Of a stretch of 64,000 nt of DNA, positions 1-10,190 are shown piece by piece (position 1 is the first letter of the stretch; each line of letters opens with the position of its first letter). Below the pieces are notes generated by a model that searched no databases, had not been told where the DNA came from, and saw only the letters and a list, made by a program, of their open reading frames with translations. The position numbers and the translations under genes were made by a program. Origin of the DNA: Candidatus Latescibacterota bacterium (GTDB lineage Bacteria; Latescibacterota; UBA2968; GCA-2709665); NCBI GenBank assembly GCA_965203805.1, contig OZ241917.1, forward strand, positions 4,768,001 to 4,832,000. The letters run 5' to 3'.

Positions 1-348
1 ATATTCAATACTCGCAATATCGGAAAATGGTACCGTGAGTCGTTCTTTAGCCTGATTGGAACTACTGCGGAATCTATCCAGCCCTAATATTACAGTCAAA
101 GAAATGTGCCCCACTGTTTCAATTGTACCTTCGATGACTTCACCTTGAACCAGCGCCAGGGTGCCCTCCCGAATGCCTATCCTTACAGCCATGCCTTCCT
201 TGAGTTCACCCAGAAACTCGTCTCGCATCGATGCCTCTCTTTTTGCCTCTGGGAACTCGTTCGTGCGAGCGACCTGTCGCCAGGCAGTGCATCCGACCGT
301 TTGCAACGCGATCACTGCGATCAGGACGATACTGATGACGCGAATCAC
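1..348 (-). CDS. Small lipoprotein of the tandem paralog family (3' end runs off the window)
   Basis: Not in the ORF track because it has no stop in the window. GTG at 348 follows a GAGGAG RBS and reads VIRVISIVLIAVIALQTVGCTAWRQVAR...LKEGMAVRIGI...DIASIEY, homologous to the four ORFs at 871-3141. Confidence 0.85.
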   Translation of the reverse strand, partial: MIRVISIVLIAVIALQTVGCTAWRQVARTNEFPEAKREASMRDEFLGELKEGMAVRIGIREGTLALVQGEVIEGTIETVGHISLTVILGLDRFRSSSNQAKERLTVPFSDIASIEY

Positions 349-499
349 TCTGTAGTCTCCTCGATTCGTGGTGGTGCGGCGACTGGATCGATCATGGAAT
401 CGGCCCTCTGCAAGTGGCGCCCGTCGGCCATCGCGGTGTGAACGCCGGCTATTGGTTTGCAGACTCCGTGCGACGCTCTCGTTATGCAGCCGTTCGCCC

Positions 500-609
500 C
501 GGTTCGTCCGCCGAAACCCCGTACGACCCACTGGCAAATTCCCGGCGAACCCTTCTCCGATCATAGGACCGGCGCACAGCGCAATCAGGAAACAGCGTCT
601 CATTTTCAT
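500..609 (-). pseudogene. 5' remnant of a PorV/PorQ-family gene
   Basis: MRRCFLIALCAGPMIGEGFAGNLPVGRTGF matches the N-terminus of the 3239-4207 protein (LCAGPMVGEGFSQDFPERRTGF), then homology stops. The downstream spacer (~385-432) matches ~3177-3225. Confidence 0.7.
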
Positions 610-870
610 TCACCTTTTCGTTAGGTCGCCGACCTCAGCGTACGACATATGGTACCTGTTGATTATGACATTCTGCCCGATTACACGCCGATTGCGTTTG
701 CCCAACTTTCGCGGAAGGGTGAAGGAGACGGCCAGTTTCACTTGCTTCGGGTCGGAGAGTGAGGGCCGTTGCGGCGTCCTGGCGATCACGGGTCAGGATG
801 GGCAACACTGTGACGCACAGATTGGAGACGCAAGTAACGTCCTGAATGCCGGATCGAGCGTGGATTGAAT

Positions 871-1308
871 CTAATCCAAATAGATAGAATCCTTGATACC
901 CACGATAAACAAGACAACCCCGACAACAGTTGCAACCACAAGAAGCGTTCGCAAGTTACGCTGGTCATCCGGTTCGTGATAACGAATGGTCATGATGTCG
1001 CTGTACGTGAATGCATACCTCCTGACGGATCCGATGGCAAGGTACTTTGGCTTGACCGTTACAATGAGGCTCTCCGTACCTGCTCTTTCGATTACACATT
1101 CAAGAATTCTTCCGCTGAAGGGCACGCGGGCATTTCGTCGGAGAAAGATTGTAGCTTGCATTCCCTTCTTAAGTATCTGCTGCGCGTCTTTCCGAATCTG
1201 ATCCTGAGAGCTATCCAGGGAAAACTCCCTCATTCGAATCGTTGGCGCACATCCAACCGTTTGCAGCGCAATCGCTACGATCAGGACGATAGTGATGACG
1301 CGTGTCAT
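871..1308 (-). CDS. Small lipoprotein paralog with C-terminal TM helix
   Basis: Lipobox-like ALQTVG-C, GAGGAG RBS, hydrophobic C-terminal LLVVATVVGVVLFIVGI. Confidence 0.85.
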   Translation of the reverse strand: MTRVITIVLIVAIALQTVGCAPTIRMREFSLDSSQDQIRKDAQQILKKGMQATIFLRRNARVPFSGRILECVIERAGTESLIVTVKPKYLAIGSVRRYAFTYSDIMTIRYHEPDDQRNLRTLLVVATVVGVVLFIVGIKDSIYLD

Positions 1309-1476
1309 TTTGTAGTCTCCTCGATTCGTGGTAGTGCGGCGTAGGTCTCATCGAAGCCACAGGATCGGTTCGCCTGCGTGACGAATTGGGAATTCCTTTA
1401 GAATACTCGTGGCGTGGTCGCGATTGGCGTTCCTCAAGACCTGGCGGCACTTCAGGTGTTCAGGGTCGTAGTTCTG

Positions 1477-1929
1477 TTAATCCAACTGCGCCTGCGAGAG
1501 TCCAGAATATAGGATTATCAGACACAAAATAGCTGTAGTCACCAAGTACACCACATATTCATTGGGTTCGTGATCCGATTTACGGTATTCGATGCTCATT
1601 ATGTCCGCATAATGTAACGTGAACTCCCTTTTGACCGTGCTGCGGATGTAGTCATCAACGGGGGTTAGTGTTAGCGACGCCTGACCGATCTCCTTAATAA
1701 TACACTCGATGACCTGACCCTTGATCGGCGCAGGGGTACCCGCCCGAATTCTTATCCCGACGTGCATGCCCTCTTTGAGTTTCCACTGAACTTGATCTCG
1801 AATCGATGACGATGATTGACTGTCATCCTCTGCGACTGCGTTCGCGCGGGCAAGGGGTCGCCAGGTGCTGCATCCGACGGTCTGCAGCGCAATCGCTGCG
1901 ATCAGGACGATACTGATGACGCGGATCAT
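1477..1929 (-). CDS. Small lipoprotein paralog with C-terminal TM helix
   Basis: Start moved to MIRVISIVL (ATG 1929, AAGGAG RBS). Has ALQTVG-C, the core LKEGMxVxIRI...YxDIxSIEYR and a C-terminal TM segment. Confidence 0.85.
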   Translation of the reverse strand: MIRVISIVLIAAIALQTVGCSTWRPLARANAVAEDDSQSSSSIRDQVQWKLKEGMHVGIRIRAGTPAPIKGQVIECIIKEIGQASLTLTPVDDYIRSTVKREFTLHYADIMSIEYRKSDHEPNEYVVYLVTTAILCLIILYSGLSQAQLD

Positions 1930-2093
1930 CCGTTGGTCTCCTTGCATTACAACGTCGCGGTGAAATTGCCCGAGGTCACAGGAGCAGTTATCCTTCCCGA
2001 CAATTGGAACCCCCGGACTCACCTACATACGTTGGCCGCTATTGTCAAGGATCGCCACATATGCTCTTCTGGAGTCCGTGGGCAGTCGTGCCG

Positions 2094-2546
2094 TTATTCA
2101 TAGTTAGAGAATGCACGCAGAAAATATACGAACACATATGCGAGGCACAACGTGGCTCCGGTTATCACGCCTATCGTGAAAGTAGTCAGCCCACGATTGA
2201 ATTCACGATATTCAATGCTCACGATGTCAGTGTAATGTAACCTGAACTTCCTCCTCGCCGCACCTCGGACATGGTCCGTAATGGGGATTAGTGTCAACGA
2301 GGTTTGCCCGATTTCTTCAACGATACATTCGAGAACCTGGCCTTGGATCGGCGCAGGGGTACCCTCGGGGATTCTTATCCTTACTGCCATACCTTCCTTG
2401 AGTTTCTCCAGAACTTGCTCTCGCATTGACGAATGTCTGTCATCCTCGGAGACCTCGTTCATACGAGCCAGGTGTCGCCAGGTACTGCAACCGACTGTCT
2501 GCAGCGCAATGGCTACGATCAGGACAATAACGATGGCGCGCATCAT
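2094..2546 (-). CDS. Small lipoprotein paralog with C-terminal TM helix
   Basis: Same lipobox and core; TM segment TFTIGVITGATLCLAYVFVYFL. Confidence 0.85.
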   Translation of the reverse strand: MMRAIVIVLIVAIALQTVGCSTWRHLARMNEVSEDDRHSSMREQVLEKLKEGMAVRIRIPEGTPAPIQGQVLECIVEEIGQTSLTLIPITDHVRGAARRKFRLHYTDIVSIEYREFNRGLTTFTIGVITGATLCLAYVFVYFLRAFSNYE

Positions 2547-2709
2547 ATCAGAGGCGCCTCACATCTTGAGACCGTTGCGGCATTGTTTAAAGCCACAGGT
2601 GCGGTTATCCTTCCCGTCGATTGGAAATGCCGGACCGAAATTGACATGGTGATTGCAGATGGGGCACCACTCCATATCGGCTCCCAAAGTGCTCCGGACC
2701 GTTGTTTTT

Positions 2710-3141
2710 CTAGTTCCATGGCGGAAGAAAAACTAAGCCAATGGCAAAGAAACCCAACATAGCACCAGCAACAAAAACAGGTAGTAAGTCGTGCGATTCA
2801 CGAAATTCGACGCTGGCGATGTCAACATAACGGAGCGAATACTCCTTGCGGTTATTACCACCAGCATAAGGTATGAATGGGATTACCGTCAGCGTCGTAT
2901 GCCCGATCTCTTCAATAGTGCAGTCAATAACCCGTCCCTTGATGGGCGTGCGGATTCCCGACCAAATTCTAATCCTTACACGCATGCCCTCTTTGAGTTG
3001 CTCCAGAGCTTGTTCACGTATCGAAACCTCTCTGTTCGCCTCCGGGACCTCTTTCATCTGGACCACCTGTCGCCAAGTCGTGCAAGCCACTGTTTGCAAC
3101 GCAATCGCTAAAATCAGGACGATACTGATGGCGCGTATCAT
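2710..3141 (-). CDS. Small lipoprotein paralog with C-terminal TM helix
   Basis: ALQTVA-C lipobox, same core, TM segment VFVAGAMLGFFAIGLVFL. Confidence 0.85.
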   Translation of the reverse strand: MIRAISIVLILAIALQTVACTTWRQVVQMKEVPEANREVSIREQALEQLKEGMRVRIRIWSGIRTPIKGRVIDCTIEEIGHTTLTVIPFIPYAGGNNRKEYSLRYVDIASVEFRESHDLLPVFVAGAMLGFFAIGLVFLPPWN

Positions 3142-3238
3142 TCTAAGGCCTCCTCATTTCCCACGAGTGATATGGCTTGATCGATCATGGAATCGGCCCT
3201 CTGCGGGTGGCGCCAGTCGGCCATCTCGGCATGGTCAC

Positions 3239-4207
3239 TCACAGATTCAGTGCAACGCTGAAGACATGTATCCTCTGGTCCGACATAGACCTGCTGAGAT
3301 CCCTGTTGGCATAATCCACCGAGATTCCGCGGCCGCCAGCCGTTCTGAATTCGAGCCCGCCGCCAAACACCATCGGAACCGAAGATTTCTGACCTCCCCG
3401 CAACGAGATCGCAAGTGAATTGCCTGTGCCGATCGTTGTAACGTGGGTATACTCCACGCCGACGTTCAGGCCGTTACTCGCATTCGGATAGAACGGACTG
3501 ACCACGTCGATGGCAAGGTCCACGTGGTGCGCGAAGGGCTCCAGGCCCAACGTCGAGACCAGATCGACGAGTACGCCGGCCCTGATCTGCTTCGGAACAG
3601 CTATGTTCTCGGGCTCGCTCAATGCTTCGAAGCTGAGGTTTCGGACTCCCAGTCCGAATACTGCATTGGCGGACTTTGTCGCAAAATATGCGCCAAGGTC
3701 GAAGGCAAAGGTACTGTGGATCTGGTCGCCGTAGTCCTCGCGCATCCACTTGAGTGCGGCGCCCAACGTGACGTGGTCGGCAATGCCCGTACCCCACGCG
3801 CCGGTTACGGCGTAGTCGGATCTGTCTGCCGTCCCGCTGCCTCCGATATTCGAAACGACAAATTCCTCGAAGGCGAATTCCTGGACGGAGAATCCAATGA
3901 CGCCCCGGTTCGGTAGCCTCGCGGCAAAGCCTGCTACGTGTTTTTTGGTACTGCTCGACCAATCCACGTATGTATAACTTGCGTCCATCCTCTTCACAAA
4001 GGCCAGCCCCGCCGGATTGTACATCATGGCTGCGGCGCTTCCGACGGATCCGACGCCGGTTGCTCCGAGCGCTTCGTCCCGTGCGTTGGTGGGTAGCAGC
4101 AGAAAGGTGAACCCCGTACGTCGTTCGGGGAAATCCTGGGAGAATCCTTCGCCAACCATAGGACCGGCGCATAGCACGCAGAGTCCAAACGCGATGAATC
4201 GCCACAT
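3239..4207 (-). CDS. PorV/PorQ (UPF0164)-family outer-membrane beta-barrel
   Basis: Signal peptide, FL..P.NAR..ALG and YNPAGLA motifs, AFDLGAYF, amphipathic strands. Start moved to ATG 4207 after GGAG. Confidence 0.8.
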   Translation of the reverse strand: MWRFIAFGLCVLCAGPMVGEGFSQDFPERRTGFTFLLLPTNARDEALGATGVGSVGSAAAMMYNPAGLAFVKRMDASYTYVDWSSSTKKHVAGFAARLPNRGVIGFSVQEFAFEEFVVSNIGGSGTADRSDYAVTGAWGTGIADHVTLGAALKWMREDYGDQIHSTFAFDLGAYFATKSANAVFGLGVRNLSFEALSEPENIAVPKQIRAGVLVDLVSTLGLEPFAHHVDLAIDVVSPFYPNASNGLNVGVEYTHVTTIGTGNSLAISLRGGQKSSVPMVFGGGLEFRTAGGRGISVDYANRDLSRSMSDQRIHVFSVALNL

Positions 4208-4303
4208 AGTCTGCTCTCCTTTCAAATGGAAAACCGCATCAGATACTCCAAGAGTCAAACAACCAGGAAGAGGGAGTCTTCCGTCGCCTGCGGCCAGGTC
4301 CCT

Positions 4304-5338
4304 TCACAGCTCAAAGGAAACGCTTACCAACTGCGTGCGGTCGTCTTTGATCGCCTCATTGATGAATACGCGAATATAAGGCTCGCCGCCCCCAACCCCC
4401 AGACCCCTGTTGGCGTAATCCACGGCGATCCGCCGTCCGCTCGCCGACCTGAATTCCAGCCCGCCTCCCCATCCGATGGGATTCGGTGACGCGTGCCCTC
4501 CTCGAATGGAAAAACCGAGTGTATGCCCGCCTGCACGTCGCATCAGATACGTATATTCGACTCCAGTGCGCAACGCGGTGTGCCCGAACGAACGGATGGG
4601 CTTGTAGTAGTCCATGGCGAGATCCAGGTAATGCGGAGACGGCTGCAGACCAAGGGTAGAGACCAGGTCGATGAGTACGCCGGCGCGGATACGCTTTGGT
4701 ACGACGTAGTCTTCCGGTTCGCCGAGGACACCGCCGGTTAAATTCCGCGCACCCAGTGCGATGATTGTACTGCCGGACTTCGACACGAAATACGCGCCCA
4801 GGTCGAAAGCGTAGACATTCTCATTCCTGTCCGAAAACGCCTCATGGATGAGCTTGAGGGCGGATCCAATCGCAAATTGATCGGCAATCTTCCAGCCGCA
4901 GGCGCCGGAAACAGAGTACTGGCTCACGTCTTCATTTTCGAATCCGTGATCGTAAGTCTGGACGGAAAGACCGAGAGACAAACTTCGGCCTGCATTCGCG
5001 GCAATCCCTGCGACGTAGTTCCTCTCATCCCAGTCAAGGTTCGCGGATCTGCGCTCCTCGGGGATCCAGACGCTGTCGGACTTTCGATTCGTGTTCGCTA
5101 ACGTGAAAACCGCATCCATTCCTTCTACGAAGGCGATGCCGGCCGGATTGTACATAATCGCCATGGCGGTTCCGACAGTACCCACACCGGTGGCGCCGAT
5201 CGCTTCGTCACGGGCGCTGAAGGGCTGCCACAGGAAGTTAAAACCCGTTTGCGGGGTAGGCGTCTCCTGGGCGAATACACTTTGTGTCAACGGCCCGGCG
5301 CAGAGCGCACATAGCATGATCTGAACACAGCCTCTCAT
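4304..5338 (-). CDS. PorV/PorQ (UPF0164)-family outer-membrane beta-barrel, paralog
   Basis: GFNFLWQPFSARDEAIG, YNPAGIAF, AFDLGAYF; clearly homologous to the adjacent gene. Confidence 0.8.
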   Translation of the reverse strand: MRGCVQIMLCALCAGPLTQSVFAQETPTPQTGFNFLWQPFSARDEAIGATGVGTVGTAMAIMYNPAGIAFVEGMDAVFTLANTNRKSDSVWIPEERRSANLDWDERNYVAGIAANAGRSLSLGLSVQTYDHGFENEDVSQYSVSGACGWKIADQFAIGSALKLIHEAFSDRNENVYAFDLGAYFVSKSGSTIIALGARNLTGGVLGEPEDYVVPKRIRAGVLIDLVSTLGLQPSPHYLDLAMDYYKPIRSFGHTALRTGVEYTYLMRRAGGHTLGFSIRGGHASPNPIGWGGGLEFRSASGRRIAVDYANRGLGVGGGEPYIRVFINEAIKDDRTQLVSVSFEL

Positions 5339-5460
5339 CGTTCATTACCCTTTCGGCAAGGTTGCCTTACAGTCTGTGTAACGTTGAACTACACAAAGCC
5401 TGCAGGTCACATGGCATGCTGAGAAACAGCGGTGTCAAAAATCGCGTCACATGGTAAGGG

Positions 5461-6720
5461 CTACCTGCCGCCGAGTACCGTGCCAACGTTCAGCAGGAGT
5501 TCAACCTGGTTTGCCTGCTCGTATTCTTCCCCCAACCATCGGACGTACTGCACCTCGTACCTGAGAACGAGAGCATTACGGAAGACGTGGCGAGTGCCCA
5601 GGCCGATTCCGGCGCCGAATCGGGAGGCAATTATATCACCATCAAGAGTCGTGGCCAGAATCCGGCAATACGACGAACCCGAAGCCAGGCCCCTTGTGTA
5701 CAGGCCGAAACCGCCTTGTGCGACCCGTAAGTTCGCATTGCGACTGCCCGCTGTTGCCTGGTAAGTGAAGGCAATTCCAAAATCGAAGGAGATTCTCTCA
5801 GCAAAGAAGGAGGACATATAGAAGGTCGGCGTGATTCGAGCCATACCGCCCCCGCCATTGACCAACGTCACGGTATCATCGGATTGGCCCTTCAGGATTG
5901 AGACCGAAAGCAGGTTTGCACCGATTTCGCACCATGGTCTCTTCCTGGCTTCAAGTCCTGAGGCCAACCGGGCTTTCGGCCAGGCTTCGACGTCGCCGCG
6001 GTCTTCGGCGGCAACGATCACTTCGATATCGTCGAACGCGATCCGGAGGCTTCTGCGTCTGGCAAGTCCGCGCCGCCGGACGGGTGGCGTGTACTGGATC
6101 TCGAGACCGTCCGCTTCCAGGGAAGTAATCGCTCCGGTTGCGGCATCTTCCTTCCCTTCCGACGTGTAGACAACGTATACGTACATGCCTGCTTCGAGTC
6201 TCGATGGATCCAGGTCTTCGCGCCGCATCTCGATGACGCTCTGCGCGGCCTGAATTGCCCTCAGCCATCGTTCGAGCGTTCGCCGGTCCGGCGCTACGGC
6301 GAGTGATTCGATCGTTGCGTAGACGATATTCCGTTTGTCCCAGAGTTCGGACCTGACGACAATGCCCTCAGCGTCTTTGCCGATAATCTCACCGGTTGCG
6401 GTTTCCGCGACGCCTTCCGACGCGTAGACCACGTGCGCGTACCACCCCTCGACGAGCTTGGAGGTATCCAGTTCCGCTTGCGACATTACCAAAACGCCCA
6501 TCTCACGCGCCCACTGGCCGGCCGGTTGTCCCCCGCCGGCGACGATTGACGTTTCCTTTGGGTCTGTGCTGTCTTCTTCGGCGACCGCGGCGCCGGCAGA
6601 TTCGGGCGGCGCGCTGTCTGCGACCTGTATTTCGTCGGCCTGCTGTCCGGCATTAACATCGCTGGACCAGAAAACACCGGATACGATGCATACGATCAGA
6701 ACTGATGCGACGTGTTTCAT
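5461..6720 (-). CDS. Secreted repeat-module protein (2 modules) with C-terminal OM beta-barrel-like domain
   Basis: Signal peptide and two MSxxELDxSKLxxGxYAHVVYxSEG modules; the last ~155 aa have alternating amphipathic strands (FGAGIGLGTRHVF, LRYEVQYVRW). Confidence 0.8.
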   Translation of the reverse strand: MKHVASVLIVCIVSGVFWSSDVNAGQQADEIQVADSAPPESAGAAVAEEDSTDPKETSIVAGGGQPAGQWAREMGVLVMSQAELDTSKLVEGWYAHVVYASEGVAETATGEIIGKDAEGIVVRSELWDKRNIVYATIESLAVAPDRRTLERWLRAIQAAQSVIEMRREDLDPSRLEAGMYVYVVYTSEGKEDAATGAITSLEADGLEIQYTPPVRRRGLARRRSLRIAFDDIEVIVAAEDRGDVEAWPKARLASGLEARKRPWCEIGANLLSVSILKGQSDDTVTLVNGGGGMARITPTFYMSSFFAERISFDFGIAFTYQATAGSRNANLRVAQGGFGLYTRGLASGSSYCRILATTLDGDIIASRFGAGIGLGTRHVFRNALVLRYEVQYVRWLGEEYEQANQVELLLNVGTVLGGR

Positions 6721-6844
6721 GTTTACCTCCCGGATAGAGAATGTTCAGGTTACTCCCACGTCTCACCACTGCTGGAGTACTGTCGGATTGGTCGATTGAG
6801 GCGGAGTTTGCGGAATCCCGGAATACGGGCCGTAGGGCAAACGC

Positions 6845-8560
6845 TCAGAATTCAAGTGACACCGCGGCCTGCAGATCTCCGTTCCGCGTGGGTGCGATGC
6901 CCAGCTTGAGTCGTTGGGGGGATAATTCAACCCATCTTTCAGTTTCTATCGACGCGCCGATAAGCGTCGAACCGAGAATGACGGGACCATACAAGTATCC
7001 CAACCGCCGCATCAGGACAGGAATAATCTCAGAGTCGAAACCGCCACGCGCTGCGACAAACATTCGCGGAACAAGGTCGACAAAGCAGATAATCAGCCCG
7101 ATTTTCCTGCCCAGATCCGTATTCCTGAAACGTCCGGTGCTTACGGCGAATTTGTCAATAGAAGATAGAGGAATCCGGTCGATGCCACGTTCGGATACGA
7201 CAACCAGTTTGTCTCCGTTCACACCGGAGAACCTGCCGATGACACGCCGTCTCGAAATTGACCGTGTATTCAAACGCACTCTTGGTTGCTTTTCCTGAAC
7301 CCAACTCTTAATGTGCGCCAGTGATTGCCCCACGACCACCGTGTCTATGTCTCCCAATGCGATCTTACGCTTCTTCCGGAAACCGGACTTTATCAGGATA
7401 TGATCCGCTCCCTTTTCGACAATCTTTCCGGAGACGGCCTTGCCGATGCCGTCAGTTACATAGCGGACGTTCGCATACGTTCCCTCTTGCAACATTGTCG
7501 CATCCAGCTCACCTCGTCCCAGCACGGTCAAGGTCGTTTCGTAGAGTTGTACGACAGCCCGTCTCTTTTCCAGCCATTGCCTGATGTGGTCACGGTCCGA
7601 CCAGGTGACGATTGTCTCAATTTCGCCGCGGGAGATCCTCCAGTTCTCCCAGGGTTTCGGGACGGATTGGAGCCGGATTCGATCTGCTTTCCGGTCCACG
7701 ATCCTGCCGGACACGATTTTCCTGACGCCCTCTGAAGTATAGACGACGTGTGCATACAGTCCCTTCCTCAGTCTGTCGTATTCCAGGTCATTGCGTGAGA
7801 AATAGGATACGTCCGCCTGCCGGAGCTGTAGAATGTCCGTTCTCTCCCTTAACCAGGACTCCAGGGGATTCCGATCCCGGTAGCCGACGATCACGTCAAT
7901 GTCCCGATGCAGGATTTCCCATTTTTGCCACTCGTTTGAAACAGATCGGATCACGATGCGGTCGGGCTTTTTGTTCGCGACCTTACCGCTCACAATTGTC
8001 CTGGCGCCTTCCAATCTGTAGATGGCAAACGCAAAATGACCCTTCGTAAGTCTGGTCAGGTCGAGTCGTTCGGGTGCTATCAGGACGATATTGCCATCCG
8101 CCCAGTTCAGCCAACTCACGACAGCCCGCCGTTCCTCTGCGACAGCCACAAAGTCAAGTTCGCTGTACTTTATTCGCCGTCGCTCCATCGGTCTTTCCGT
8201 GGATTTCAGTACGATGCCATCCAGGTCCTTTACATGGATGACGCCGTTCGCGGTTCTCTTCACCCTTTTCGAGCCGTATTTCACGTGCGTATACCAACCC
8301 CTTATCAGCTTTGAGATATCCAGGTCGCCACGTGACATCAGCACGACGTCTTTCTCGTAGAACTGTCTGATCGCCCGTTCGACGATTTCTGCGGGGGTGT
8401 CGTCATCCGACGCCAGTTTTTCGCTTTTGTCGATAGCCGAATCCGCCCTAGCGGCGCGTTCTTCATTCCAGGCCTGAAGTCGGCCGGAGGCGTGGGCCAG
8501 ACCTGGCGCAATGAATTCACTCAGGAGACATGCGATCGGAACGAGTGCGGCAGGTTTCAT
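6845..8560 (-). CDS. Secreted repeat-module protein (4 modules + RVR domain + hydrophobic hairpin + beta-hairpin C-terminus)
   Basis: Four ~75-aa repeats; ends TERWVELSPQRLKLGIAPTRNGDLQAAVSLEF. Confidence 0.85.
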   Translation of the reverse strand: MKPAALVPIACLLSEFIAPGLAHASGRLQAWNEERAARADSAIDKSEKLASDDDTPAEIVERAIRQFYEKDVVLMSRGDLDISKLIRGWYTHVKYGSKRVKRTANGVIHVKDLDGIVLKSTERPMERRRIKYSELDFVAVAEERRAVVSWLNWADGNIVLIAPERLDLTRLTKGHFAFAIYRLEGARTIVSGKVANKKPDRIVIRSVSNEWQKWEILHRDIDVIVGYRDRNPLESWLRERTDILQLRQADVSYFSRNDLEYDRLRKGLYAHVVYTSEGVRKIVSGRIVDRKADRIRLQSVPKPWENWRISRGEIETIVTWSDRDHIRQWLEKRRAVVQLYETTLTVLGRGELDATMLQEGTYANVRYVTDGIGKAVSGKIVEKGADHILIKSGFRKKRKIALGDIDTVVVGQSLAHIKSWVQEKQPRVRLNTRSISRRRVIGRFSGVNGDKLVVVSERGIDRIPLSSIDKFAVSTGRFRNTDLGRKIGLIICFVDLVPRMFVAARGGFDSEIIPVLMRRLGYLYGPVILGSTLIGASIETERWVELSPQRLKLGIAPTRNGDLQAAVSLEF

Positions 8561-8775
8561 GTAACGTCCTTTGGCTGAGTGGATTCCGGCGCACTTATCG
8601 GGTCAGTACTATCGCACAGGGCATTCAGTCTGCCGCCGCGCCGTATCAATGAAATCATCCCTGGGAAGCGGCGCATCACCTGGATCGCCCGTGAGGACGT
8701 TCTTCCTGCGCTTGTGGTTTTTTATCCTGCCCATCCTGTCCATCCATGTTTATTCCGGTCGATAAATCAGACGGA

Positions 8776-10140
8776 CTAAAACCGAAGCGTGGCGAGGGCC
8801 GAAAGGCTCCCGTTTCTCCTGGGCGCCAGGCCGACTGTGAAACCGGGCGCGTCAGGCGGTTTTCGTGAAATCTCGGACGCAATTGTTGCAGCGAGAGTCG
8901 TTGCCGAGATGTACCCAAGCCACGCCACTGCGGGGCCCTGGTACCCATTCAGATCGCTCAGCAGAATGGCAGAGGAAACAGCAGCACACCCGAGCACGCT
9001 CCCCGCAAATACAGGCCCATACCGGGCGGGGGGATCCACCTTGCAGACGACCCAGGCCGTTGCCGCGGCATGAAGGATTGCGAGCGGAACGAAATCAAAC
9101 TCCCCGGCATCCGGATCATCCCGATAGTGGTCCGGAAAGTGGCCCAATGCCACTGGCGCAGCCGAGAGGGCGCCAAATACCGTCCCGAATATTAACTTCA
9201 GGGCAACGCGGGGTCGTCCCTCGACGTTGTGCTCTCCGGAGTATCCGAAGTAGGATCTCGCCCGCCCCAAGGCCTGAAGGTCTTGTCGATCCCTGGCTAC
9301 TGTGACAGTCTCGACGTCGCTATATGCCACTTCCAGATTTTCCGGGTGCGCCCACGTGGCCTTGCCCCCGACCCGGTACTGAATCACCACGTTATCGCCG
9401 TAACTGTCGACGATTCTTCCGACCGCCTTTCGCTTTCTGCCGCGAGAAGTGTAGACGACGTGAACGTATAGACCTTCCTCTAACATCGACGGGTTCAGGT
9501 CCCAGCGTGACATGCTGAGGATGCCGGATTGCGTCCACCGCCGCCACCGATCCAGGGCCTGTGAGGTCCTGGAGAAAGCGACCGTGTCGATTTCAGCAGG
9601 CGCAATTGTCCAGGTTTCCGGAGGTTCGGCGTCAGACTTGATTGTGATACCATCCCCGTCGATTGCTACAACAGTCCCCGACGTTCGCCTATTGAGTCCC
9701 CTCGAAGTAAAGACCACGTGCGCATACCTCCCAGCCTCGAGCTTTGAAGAGTCGAAATGTCCGCGAGGCATCACAGTGACTTTAGCCGCGGCCTTTCTTG
9801 CCTCCCGCCACCTCTCCAGGGAGGTCCGGTCAACCGACACTGCAAGCAGGTCTATGTCTCCTAAGGCTGTTTTCTGAGTCGTCGACGGTATCGCTGTGGA
9901 CTCAATCAAAATACCATCCGGGTCGATCTGCTCGATGAGGCCCCATGCTACCCCTTCGATGCCATCGGATTTGTACTCCACGTGCGCATACGATCCCTTC
10001 TTCAGCATTTCGGGTTCGATTTCTCCTCTCAGCATCACCGTGACGTCCATCCTAGGTGGCTTCTGTGCGGCGTACGAACCGGACGGAACGCACAAGGTTG
10101 TCACGATGGCTGCGAACAACAACAGTGGGTTTGATTTCAT
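8776..10140 (-). CDS. Secreted repeat-module protein (3 modules + alternative multi-helix hydrophobic C-domain)
   Basis: Start moved to MKSNPLLL (ATG 10140, GAGG RBS). Three repeats; ends FTVGLAPRRNGSLSALATLRF. Confidence 0.85.
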   Translation of the reverse strand: MKSNPLLLFAAIVTTLCVPSGSYAAQKPPRMDVTVMLRGEIEPEMLKKGSYAHVEYKSDGIEGVAWGLIEQIDPDGILIESTAIPSTTQKTALGDIDLLAVSVDRTSLERWREARKAAAKVTVMPRGHFDSSKLEAGRYAHVVFTSRGLNRRTSGTVVAIDGDGITIKSDAEPPETWTIAPAEIDTVAFSRTSQALDRWRRWTQSGILSMSRWDLNPSMLEEGLYVHVVYTSRGRKRKAVGRIVDSYGDNVVIQYRVGGKATWAHPENLEVAYSDVETVTVARDRQDLQALGRARSYFGYSGEHNVEGRPRVALKLIFGTVFGALSAAPVALGHFPDHYRDDPDAGEFDFVPLAILHAAATAWVVCKVDPPARYGPVFAGSVLGCAAVSSAILLSDLNGYQGPAVAWLGYISATTLAATIASEISRKPPDAPGFTVGLAPRRNGSLSALATLRF

Positions 10141-10190
10141 CGATAGACCTCGTTCAAAGACTGTCAATATTGTCCATCCCACGGAAGGTA

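Noticed and set aside
8723-8749. ATCCTGCCC-ATCCTGTCC-ATCCATGTT 9-mer run and the 90-aa ORF 8676-8948
   Set aside because: A short intergenic tandem repeat with a single copy here; the ORF overlaps a real gene.
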